A stretch of 64,000 nt of DNA from Macrostomum hystrix (taxonomy: Eukaryota; Animalia; Platyhelminthes): contig CATNEN010000011.1 of assembly GCA_950097015.1 (NCBI GenBank), positions 930,001 to 994,000 of the forward strand, written 5' to 3'. The notes beneath the pieces were generated by a model, which did no database searches, had not been told where the DNA came from, and saw only the letters and a list, made by a program, of their open reading frames with translations. Shown piece after piece: positions 52,465-62,811 of this stretch. Each line of letters starts with the position of its first letter. Within the stretch, counting starts at the first letter, position 1. Both the position numbers and the translations under genes were made by a program.

Positions 52465-53190
52465 TAAAATGAGGCTCTCGTCTGTTAGATTGTTTAAAGT
52501 GAGGCTCTCGAATGTTAGATTGTTTAAAATGAGGCTCTCTACGGATAAGCGGTAAAAAATAATGCTCCTACTGATAAGACCATTAAAAATGAGGCCATTT
52601 CGACAGTTAAAATAAGACTCTCGATGGTTAGACTGTTTCAATGAGGCTCTTGCTGGTCAGACTTAAAAATGAGGCTCTTGCTGGTCAGACTTAAAAATGA
52701 GGCTCTTGCTGGTCAGACTTAAAAATGAGGCTCTTGCTGGTCAGACTTAAAAATGAGGCTCTTGCTGGTCAGACTTAAAAATGAGGCTCTTGCTGGTCAG
52801 ACTTAAAAATGAGGCTCTTGCTGGTCAGACTTAAAAATGAGGCTCTTGCTGGTCAGACTTAAAAATGAGGCTCTTGCTGGTCAGACTTAAAATGAGGCTC
52901 TTGCTGGTCAGACTTAAAAATGAGGCTCTTGCTGGTCAGACTTAAAAATGAGGCTCTTGCTGGTCAGACTTAAAAATGAGGCTCTTGCTGGTCAGACTTA
53001 AAATGAGGCTCTTGCTGGTCAGACTTAAAATGAGGCTCTTGCTGGTCAGACTTAAAAATGAGGCTCTCGTCTGGTTGGACTTTTAAAATGAGGTTCGCAT
53101 CGGTAAGACATTGAAAATGACGGTTTAACGGTTTAATTAAACAGGCTCTCACCTGTTGGATTGTTTTTAAGTGAGGCTCTCTACGGATAG
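52465..53190. repeat. Minisatellite, 28-bp unit (gaggctcttgctggtcagacttaaaaat) with degenerate flanks
   Basis: Homogeneous core at 52640-53070. Confidence 0.93.
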
Positions 53191-53279
53191 ACGGTAAAAA
53201 AGGTTTTCCCTTACACGACAATCCAAATGAGGCTATTAAATCACTTTAACACCTTAAAACTTGTCTTGCGATTTCCAGT

Positions 53280-53598
53280 CCCTCCAGCAGAACAGCTCAA
53301 AGTAGACATTGGCTACACCGACATTAGACTGTCAAAATCAACTCGTCTCCAGCTTCAGCAACAGCTAGACGAGGCCAACAGACAACATCGAGAAGCTGTC
53401 GACTACCTGCGCCGAAGACTGCAACCTGGCAGCCAGTTTGCACTCCTTAACTATGAGGAACTGTTTGCTAATCCTCATGTTAAGGATCGCGAGGATGAAT
53501 CCATAAACCGCTATCAGAACGAATGGCCCTACCATTGTCGACCGTTCTATTTTCGTCGTATAGAACAGAGACTGCTGCGGCAAGGGCGATGGGGCTGA
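53280..53598 (+). CDS. Probable coding exon, product unknown (..QLKVDIGYTDIRL...NYEELFANPHV...WPYHCRPFYFRR..*)
   Basis: Non-repetitive, protein-like ORF between two arrays. Candidate acceptors ttccAG (53277-78) and ctccAG. The 5' boundary is uncertain. Confidence 0.5.
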
Positions 53599-53619
53599 TG
53601 TTGGATCTGGGTTCTACAT

Positions 53620-53935
53620 GTTAGATGCTGGTTCCAGATGTTAGTTACAGGTTTCAGATGTTAGATACTGGTTCCAGATGTTAGATACTGGTTCCAGATG
53701 TTAGATACTGGTTCCAGATGTTAGATACTGGTTCCAGATGTTAGATACTGGTTCCAGATGTTAGATACTGGTTCCAGATGTTAGATACTGGTTCCAGATG
53801 TTAGATACTGGTTCCAGATGTTAGATACTGGTTCCAGATGTTAGATACTGGTTCCAGATGTTAGATACTGGTTCCAGATGTTAGATTGTGGTTCCAGATG
53901 TTAGATACTGGTTTCAGATGTTAGATGCTTGTTCT
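53620..53935. repeat. Minisatellite, 20-bp unit (gttagatactggttccagat)
   Basis: Directly visible. Confidence 0.95.
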
Positions 53936-54659
53936 AGATACGGGAAATGCTTTTAAATTCGTTAAATTTGGTTGATTCTTTGAAGAAAATTAGTTTGGTA
54001 AAATACTTTTTTGAAAGAGGACAAAAAGTAAGTTTCTTGTTTTTATTTCATTGTGGTGAACTTTTAATTTGGGCTACGGTTTTTAGCGAGTTAACTGGTT
54101 TTAATGATGTGCCACTTTTTACTGCAAGGTATTTAATAAAGCAAGCTAAAATAAGGGTGTCTTAACAAACTAGTTTCAACCACAATAGCTGCGACTGTAC
54201 ACAGCCAGACCAAAGCTAGAGAATACATGCCATTCTGCTATTTAGCTGCCTTTAACTGAGCAGTTTATTCTCTAAATGAATTTCAGTCTTCATCTTCACA
54301 CTGTATTATCGAATGTACTCAGCTCTTGAGAAGCACAGAGCCCCAGGAATTTCATTCGCGTTCAATTGTTCCGCTCAGCTAAATGACCTTGTGAAAACTC
54401 AAGGCTGGTCAAAGAAAATTATTTTCTCTAAAAAGCAAGCTTTGCAAGTTTTCGCTTTGCAAAAAAGTCACACCAGACCAAACTGTCAAAGTGTTTGGCT
54501 ATAGCTATGCCATTGTCTAGTGAAAGACTGTTACTGGCAATCAGTGTCGCATTATTCTTGTTTCCATTTGTTACAACTGGTAAGTTCGACGATGTTTATT
54601 CTAAAAAACGATACAAAAGGAACAGTTACCTAAGGATGTAAACTGTGCGGCTCTTCCTA

Positions 54660-54740
54660 AGGATGTGTACGGCTGAATTCAGTCCATGGACTGGGGGAGG
54701 AGAAGCCACCGAAGCCACATTAATTTCTACCCCAGCTGAT
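54660..54740 (-). mobile_element. SINE fragment (central/3' part), reverse orientation
   Basis: The reverse complement reads atcagctgggtag...cccccagtccatggactgaattcagccgtacac, matching the SINE body. Confidence 0.65.
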
Positions 54741-54892
54741 AGTTACCTGTCCTAGATAGTTAAATCCCTATTTCAGATAAGTCCAGATAAGAAATTATGG
54801 ATTGCGAAATTCGACTTGTGAAAGCAACTCAGTCAAACCCGGGTCAAACGCAGACATAAAAAGACTTTTCCAGCATTACTGCCTTACCATGG

Positions 54893-55135
54893 GTTTTAGC
54901 CTAGTAGTTGGAGCGTCGGACTCATGACTTGAAGGTCGGGGGTTCGATTCCCGACTCCACTGAAAAACATGCGTCCAACTTAACTGTGCGTTGCTTCACG
55001 GCTCGTACTTAACAGCTTGCGTAATTGAAGGTGGGTGTAGCGTCCCCCCAGTCCACTGACTGAAAAGCCTTACGCAGCCTTCAGATACAATAACTGTCGG
55101 CTGCACATCTTACCCAATCGGGTCAGTTGGAATTG
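54893..55135 (+). mobile_element. tRNA-SINE copy
   Basis: tagcctagtag...cggactcatgacttgaaggtcgggggttcgattcccgactcc is nearly identical to the 14.09 kb head, and the body matches. Confidence 0.85.
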
Positions 55136-55497
55136 TTGTGCCTATCCTTAGTTACTTAAACAAAAGGTAAGTGTGAGGTTCGAAATAAGTACCTGAAAAC
55201 GGCAGGGTTGCTGCCACCTTGGTCAGAAGGGTCAATTTTGCAGTAAGACTTCTCTCACCTTGGACGTATTAGATAATAATTAAAACCTTACAGCCGAGAC
55301 ACGGGGAAAATTGTCTCTGGACAGCGCTGCGAACTGAGGTATTAAGGATTGCCTAGAAAGGACCTTAAGGAATTAAACCTTATACAAAGGTTAACTATCT
55401 GAACTAACTGCTCTAACACAGGAATGAGTCCCTCATCCAAGGGAGTTCCTTTAGCCAATAGAGATTGTTGGTCTATTCTTATACAAAAGACCCAACT

Positions 55498-56066
55498 CTG
55501 ACACTAAGTCTAGAATGGATACTAAGACACTAAGTCTAGAATGGATACTAAGACACTAAGTCTAGAATGGATACTAAGACACTAAGTCTAGAATGGATAC
55601 TAAGACACTAAGTCTAGAATGGATACTAAGACACTAAGTCTAGAATGGATACTAAGACACTAAGTCTAGAATGGATACTAAGACACTAAGTCTAGAATGG
55701 ATACTAAGACACTAAGTCTAGAATGGATACTAAGACACTAAGTCTAGAATGGATACTAAGACACTAAGTCTAGAATGGATACTAAGACACTAAGTCTAGA
55801 ATGGATACTAAGACACTAAGTCTAGAATGGATACTAAGACACTAAGTCTAGAATGGATACTAAGACACTAAGTCTAGAATGGATACTAAGACACTAAGTC
55901 TAGAATGGATACTAAGACACTAAGTCTAGAATGGATACTAAGACACTAAGTCTAGAATGGATACTAAGACACTAAGTCTAGAATGGATACTAAGACACTA
56001 AGTCTAGAATGGATACTAAGACACTAAGTCTAGAATGGATACTAAGACACTAAGTCTAGAATGGAT
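55498..56066. repeat. Perfect minisatellite, 26-bp unit (gacactaagtctagaatggatactaa), ~22 copies
   Basis: Directly visible; no variants seen. Confidence 0.97.
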
Positions 56067-56430
56067 CTCTTATCCGAAAGATAATCCTGAAGCTACGAAT
56101 GTAATTCAACTGGACGATTACTTTTGTCCAAAAGTAACTTCGAGTGCCTTATAAGGAACGTTTGTCCAAGCGCAACCTTTAGATCTCACACTTTAGGAAT
56201 CGTTAACCAAAACTGCCATAGAAAACCGTAAAAATAGCGGCCACAGTTCTCTAATACTAACGCCATAAGACTCCAAATAATTTCTAAAAACTTGGAACAG
56301 AACTAGCTAGACCATACAGCGGCGATGGATAAGTAGTCTAAGGAGCGGGAACTAGTCACTAAGCCTAATAACTAGTGACTAACCTACGTAATCGATAATT
56401 CGTATTGTTATTTACCACCTGCACACCTAC

Positions 56431-57112
56431 AGCCACAGCAGCTGGAGATGCACTTGATGTGTTTGAAAGCGAGCTGTTCGGTGAGCCAACATCGATACCA
56501 ACCGCTGCATCGTCAACTTCGTCGATAAGAAAAACGGCCACAACTTTGAGCAGCTTAACCCTCGTCGCAAAATCAACGGAAGCTTCGTCCACATCGTCAG
56601 TGCAGACGACGCCGACCACAACAGCTGCTGTGGTTGCATCAAAGTCAGGATCTGCTAGATCATCGAATATAACTATTCAAGCCACGAAGCCTGAACTGAG
56701 CTCTACTACTCAACGATTAACATTTACAACGAATAGGGCAACAATAATGAGAACTTCACCGCCAACATTAACATCTGCATCTACAGCCTCCATGACAGAA
56801 ACAACCGCAGCAACAACCACTGCAACGATAAGAACAACAACAACAACAACAACAACAGCCTCCACCGCTTCGACTCAGCCTAAACGTCGATCGAAATACC
56901 AGCCAACAGCGACAATAACTAGCCAACCTTCTCAGCGGCAGTCAGTCCTCATCGACGAGTCCAAAATTGAGCGAATCTCTGTGGAACAGCGTCAAGCTGA
57001 AATGGCAATGGCTGGTTATGCATCCGAGCCAATATTGTTCACCTGGCTGATGGCACTGTTGCTTATGTTTATCAGCACTGTAGCCTGGATTTGGTTCTGC
57101 TGTATCCAATAG
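56431..57112 (+). CDS. Terminal exon of a probable single-pass membrane protein with a mucin-like Thr/Ser stalk
   Basis: 235-codon ORF, T/S/A-rich, ending in a hydrophobic stretch ILFTWLMALLLMFISTVAWIWFCC just before the stop. Candidate acceptor cacctacAG at ~56429-30. Confidence 0.65.
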
Positions 57113-58831
57113 TTTCCTAATATTAATATTCTGCAAGCTAGGTCAGGTGTTCTCCTACATTTCTTCATAACTGGCTGAAAGCAAAACAGAATGAACGTTT
57201 AATTATTCACGAACATAATTTTAGGCAGTTTGAAACTTCAAATATTGGCGTTTCTTGTTTTGTTTTCTAATACGAGAAAATATATTCCTTTAACAATCTT
57301 ATGGTTTTCTACCTAAGTGCTAGTTGAACAGAAAATAATACAATAAAACCACACAGGAGGTGTTAAGCAATAATTTATACCTGAATTACACTACTTAATT
57401 ACTCTTATCCACCGTCAAGTCGGTTGATATAGTCAGTATACCTACTACTCTACAAGCTATGGCTAATATGGCTATTGTTGCTTTAGTGACATCTTATAAT
57501 AAATAGAGTCTTCGCAGTTAGAGCCAGTCTTTACGGCAATGAATGAATAAAAATGGCAGGCCGAGGTCGAAGCCCTCGAATATACGAGTAATAACCAAGA
57601 GATAAGGACGGGGCAGAAGAGTAAAATGAGTAGGCACGGGCCAGAGGGTAAGAGCTGAAATGGAGGTGTTGAGGAAAGAGAGGCGAGCAGCTAGCCAATC
57701 AGAGACGAGGAAGAGGAAAGAGAAGTGAAGGTTAGCTCAGAATGCAAACAGACAGAAGGAGACTAGAAGAGACAATAATAATGTTTTGCAGTTGGGGTGA
57801 GGTGGCGACCAATCAGAAACGAGGAATGATAAGCCGCGAGTAGGGGAAACGAGAGAGAAAAACGAGATTTAACAGGATGAGGTAAACAAAAATGTAGATA
57901 ACGGAAGAGTTAATAGAGGGCAGAAAACAGAGACGAAAGTCGCGATGTTAGACTCATGGTCCCTGAGGCGTCTATTTCGAGCTTTTGCCCGCCTTCATTA
58001 TTCTTCCCTCTCAAAGTCCCGCTAAGCCATCGGTTTTATCTGCCAAGCGCTGCAATCCACATGAAAATATCTGGCCAAAGAGGATCGAGCAATAAGTGCC
58101 AGAGAGGAGCCACCCAGACACTGCAGAACAAGAGCTTTGGCGCCTGCTCACAAACTAGAGCAGGATTAGTTAGTTAAGAGCAAGAGTAGGATTGGTAGGA
58201 GCCAGGGTGCTGCGTGCGCACTTAAGCCTGACTGATTGATCAGATTAAGCATCATCAGCTTGTGTGCGTTCTGTACTGTGCGCGAATCCGAGCGTTCGAT
58301 TCGTCTAGTTGTAAGCTTTGAGTTTTACTCAATCACTCGCACACACCAGCTAGCAACCCTTTGCTAGGCCGGCCGTATGCAGCACGCGATTCTCTTTTCT
58401 TCAAAACTCACGAATAGAGGGACGATCGGTGCCTATACACCAATCCATCATGGGACATACACACAGAGACACGAAGTGCTGGTAGGGTTGCTGCGACAAA
58501 TGAGCTGACTAATTCTGTCCCTCAACCACTCTCCCCTTCTCTCGCCTCACAAACTCTTTCTGTCGCTCAGGTATTGATCTAAGAATTGCATCGATCGACG
58601 GGAAACATATTGTGCTCACAAGAGAAGCGCAGGTTCGATCTCAGTGGATTTTTTGTTAGATACTCTCCGTTTTCACGGGAACAGGAAGACGATGTTGTGT
58701 TGAACAAAACACAGTTTTTGGGTTTTGTGAACCCTGGGAAAGCGTCCCAGTTGTGTGATGCGTCTATTTGATACGACAAGCACAACTCAAACTCTGTCAT
58801 CAATGAAATTGAATACAAGAATCGTTATCGC

Positions 58832-59791
58832 TCAAGCACAAATACTTCGGCCAATAGCTAGAGAACACTCTTTCAAGTGATTCTCAACGCTTTGGTTGGC
58901 GAATTCGGTTGTAGCAGACTTGGCAGGTGTCCGGAGGTGAGCAAGTTTCGCCAGCCACGGGTGCCGCAGAGCCTGTCCTGAGGTTGGTCTCCTCTCCGGC
59001 TGAGCACTAGTCAGCCAGCTCAAAAAATCGGCCGCCAAGCGAGATTCTGGCGACCAATGCGGGCCTCGGCCGCCGGAGAGAATCTCGCGGATGACGACGC
59101 CAGCGGACCAGATGTCGACGGCGGGTGTGGCAACTCCTGGCAGCTCCGGGGCCGCGTACTCGGCCGTTCTAGCCGTGGCAACGCCGCCAGAGATCACCGA
59201 GCTAAAGTCCACAATGGTCAGCGATGATATGTCGTCAGCACTGTCTAGGACGATGTTCTCCGGCTTAAGGTCCGCGTGCACCACCCCGATGGAGTGCAGC
59301 CGACGTAGTTGACGAAGCAGCGCTCGAGAAAACCTCAGCGCTGTTGCCTCACTGAAACGTCGCAGCCTGTTGAGAGCGGAACGAAGCGAGCCTCCCTGAC
59401 GCTGCGGTGTCAGCAACGCAGCGCAGCTGTTGTTCAGCAGCAGAGCACCGCGATCCAATCCGAGCCGTCGATTAGCAGTCACCTCAGCGACCAGACGGCG
59501 GCGATCGGCGACAGATTCAATACGGACGAACTTCACCGCGAGTGGCGCAGCCTTCGCTGACGAATCATTGGCGACAGTCCTGTCGACTGCGGAAACGACA
59601 AAGCCGGACGAGCCGGATCCAAGGCGTTCTCCCAGACTGAAACGATTGAAAAACGTGGCCTCATTAATTGTCTCGAGGCCATTCTGACGCAACAGCTGGC
59701 TTTTACTCAGCAGGGCTTGGCAACGGCTTGACGCCGAACTCGAAGCAAAAAAAACTTTGTGGTTCAAGATGAGGATAAATATAAAAAGCAT
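58832..59791 (-). CDS. Ser/Thr protein kinase (single ORF; subfamily not assignable), DFG changed to DFS
   Basis: LGSGSSGFV glycine loop, LAVKFV, AEV alphaC, HADLKPEN catalytic loop, IVDFS, TAEYAAPE, DIWSAGV, RPT. The true 5' end is uncertain; the first ~15 codons look intron-like. Confidence 0.9.
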   Translation of the reverse strand: MLFIFILILNHKVFFASSSASSRCQALLSKSQLLRQNGLETINEATFFNRFSLGERLGSGSSGFVVSAVDRTVANDSSAKAAPLAVKFVRIESVADRRRLVAEVTANRRLGLDRGALLLNNSCAALLTPQRQGGSLRSALNRLRRFSEATALRFSRALLRQLRRLHSIGVVHADLKPENIVLDSADDISSLTIVDFSSVISGGVATARTAEYAAPELPGVATPAVDIWSAGVVIREILSGGRGPHWSPESRLAADFLSWLTSAQPERRPTSGQALRHPWLAKLAHLRTPAKSATTEFANQSVENHLKECSLAIGRSICA

Positions 59792-60843
59792 GTTATGATA
59801 GAAGGAATGAGATTGCTCACACAGATCAGCTCATGCAGGTGCCACTTCTTACGAGCGTATGAAGCCTGAAATTCGCTTTTCTTTTCAAAGCCTAGAGGCC
59901 TTTTGTTCTCATTGAACACGCAATCTGACCATGCATTCTGCGCACAATGGGGCAGAATTGTGTCATTGTGCACAGCTGTGCAATGTTCAGTCAAGGTGTG
60001 CTGCCTATTGTAAAATGTGCTCAAAAGCTTGATGCTTCATGCCGAGTAGATCGTACAGACTTTTTCATTCCGTGAGCTTTCATTAAAATCTTCATTCGTC
60101 ACAGTTTTCTATGATTTTTTCTCAGTTTTTATGTTTTATTTATCAGATCAAAGCAGATAATTTTGTGAACCTTTTAATCCTCGAGCGAAGGAAACTGATT
60201 ACTGCAATAATCTGCTTTGAAAGAAAAAAACTGCTTGCATGGCTAGTACAAAAGTCTACCCTTAGGCCCCAACTCTCGTGAGCTTTAACAATACCTATAA
60301 TCTACTTCATATCCCGAGATGCAACAGGTTTATATGTAATTAGGCCTCGAATATATAATTAGCCTGCAGGACTAACTCCCCCATTTCTGGGGCATTCTTT
60401 TCCATTAGCAAAGGCTACTAGGTAATTATTAGTAGCGTAAATTATTTGTTAGCTCGCCGATACGATTGTAGGCTTGAGGCTTCGATCTGCTCAGTTCCTG
60501 ATTCTGGACGCGCTGTCGTGTTTCTGTATTGATTTTTTTTCTGTGGGCGAGTGCAAGGCAAAAAGAAGGACGGAAGGAAGGCAGGGCTTGTGCAACTTTT
60601 CTTGCAGCTCATTTCATTTATTTGAAGAACGAAATCCTGATTGGCTTTCAAACAGATAGGTCCTCTTTCCTCCCCTTTTTGGGCCAACCTCCTTCCCACA
60701 CTTTGCTCCCCTATCCCATCGAACAAGTCCCTCTAACTGGTACTTATTTATGCGCAGACGGAGCCGAGTATAGAAGGCCGGCCCTCGAAATCAGCTGTTC
60801 CGAACTTTTGTTAATTCGTTTCTGTCGCATGGCCAGCTAGGGA

Positions 60844-61335
60844 ATGACCCAGTGCAGAGCTGCAGCCGCAGCCTCCGCTCCCAAGGAGCTAGACGCAGAG
60901 TCTGTGGCATTCTTGGCGGACGCCAGCAGTCTCAGCGGCGACCAGGTGCGCCAACTGTACGCAGAGTTCAAGGCCAAGCAACCGTCTGGCAGTCGAGCGG
61001 ACTTTCTCAACCTGCTGGCCAAGACGCACAGCTCGGCTGAGGTGCTACGCAAGAAAGCCCACCAGTTCTTCGAGCTGTTCGACGCCAACAAAGACCGCAG
61101 CATCTCCAAGGAGGAGGTGCTGGCGATAATGAACGCCGTGTTCCAGACAGCTCGCGACCGCGGCGTGCAACTGAGCAAGACGCCGTTGCAGGTTTGCGAG
61201 GACTTCTTCAGACAGCTAGACACGGACAGAAACAGCGAGATCTCGCATGAAGAGTTCGTTGAAGGCGTCCTGTCGGACCCAGACCTGCTGCGCATCCTGC
61301 AGACTCCCGAGGTTATTGACACCTTGGGTAGGTAG
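60844..61335 (+). CDS. EF-hand calcium-binding protein, neuronal calcium sensor/recoverin-like
   Basis: Two canonical EF loops DANKDRSISKEE and DTDRNSEISHEE, F..FD and ISxEEFVEG...DP.LLRIL motifs. No Gly2. Confidence 0.85.
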   Translation: MTQCRAAAAASAPKELDAESVAFLADASSLSGDQVRQLYAEFKAKQPSGSRADFLNLLAKTHSSAEVLRKKAHQFFELFDANKDRSISKEEVLAIMNAVFQTARDRGVQLSKTPLQVCEDFFRQLDTDRNSEISHEEFVEGVLSDPDLLRILQTPEVIDTLGR

Positions 61336-61519
61336 GTTGCTAGGATACGGGTGGAAGCGTCTCATTGTGCGGCTCAGCGACCGGACATTCCAATTGACTT
61401 GCCGTGGCTCTAACGAGAACCCCAGTTAGACACAATTGCTATTGTTATTGTCTATTGATAAACATGCACATAAACAGATTCGTTTATTTACGCTCGTAAT
61501 TACTGGCTACAAAGATAAT

Positions 61520-61832
61520 ATTAGATAAGACATTAAATTGAACAATTAGAACATCGCTTTCCATTCTACAGGTGAGAATATTAGATAAGACATGAAATTA
61601 GAAAATTATAACATCGCCTTCCATTCTACAGGTGAGAGTATTAGATAAGACATTAAATTAAACAATTAGAACATCGCCTTCCATTCTACAGGTGAGAGTA
61701 TTAGATAAGACATTAAATTAAACAATTAGAACATCGCCTTCCATTCTACAGGTGAGAGTATTAGATAAGACATTAAATTAAACAATTAGAACATCGCCTT
61801 CCATTCTACAGGTGAGAGTATTATATAAGACA
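61520..61832. repeat. Tandem repeat, 60-bp unit, ~5 copies, each containing ttccattctacAG|GTGAGA
   Basis: Line-to-line identity at 60-bp period. Confidence 0.93.
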
Positions 61833-62811
61833 TCTCCTGTATGATAATGACATTTAAAAGCGTTTAAATTTAAATTATATGTTCAGGTAGTTAAAGATTT
61901 GACATTTTTTCATTAGTGAAGGCCTTATTTTATCTGCATACAATATCCATGACATTGTGGGTGAGTCTTTTTTTATTTCACATCTAAAATGTCCTTTCAC
62001 TTCAGACAGGTATAAGGTATATAATTTTTGGTTAAGAGGGGCTTTTTAATTCAACAGTTTCGCTTGTTTTTGAATGCACGTGATTTTAATATCAATTCAC
62101 AAATGTCTGTTGTGCACTTTTTGAAGTTATTGAATTTGCTAAGGTATTTCCATTTTTACCATGTGATTCGCTTATCTAAGCAAGGAAATATATGGGTAAT
62201 TGTCGTTGACAAAAGTGGTGTTATGGTAAATGCTAAGGATTGATGTAACAAAAGTGCACAACATTTTAAGTTCCCCCCATGGCAACTGCGCGAATATGCA
62301 AAATAAGGAGGGCAGGAGACAGCTATTGACGGGTTGGAGCACATGTCGCTGGTGCGTCATTTCAGGCAGACGCACCTTAACAGGCGTTTTTCCATGGCGT
62401 CGATTGTACGGCGTCGCATGCAGGACAAGTCAGGGAGAGAGCGCGAGCGCCGTTATCCGAAGATCTAGACAATCCAGTAAGCAATGACCGTAGCTGACAT
62501 TATTAGCCTGCTGTTCGAGAGTGATGATGGACAAGCGATGCCAGGCTATGTGGACTGCACAGATTTTTCTAGTTATGTCTGCAATATAACGAGCTAGGAG
62601 AATGCGGGGTATATATTAATATTCGAAAGATTGCATACCAACTGCGCATGCATGAATAAGTGCAAACACTGCGAAACGACTGGAAATGATAAAAGTGTTG
62701 AAATTGTACTAATCAGTTTTCAAAACTTCAAGATGAAATTTTTAATAACGACTATTGCAGGCCTTGACATTATGCGATAGGGAAAATATCTAAACAGCTC
62801 TGTTGTCGAAC

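Noticed and set aside
57550-57960. Purine-rich region with two CCAATCAGA-ACGAGGA motifs; possible LTR or promoter
   Set aside because: No paired LTR, PBS, TSD or adjacent gene start could be established.
62480-62600. Short ORF MTVADIISLLFESDDG resembling piggyBac-like N-termini
   Set aside because: Only ~35 codons, with no TTAA-CCC terminus and no transposase core nearby.
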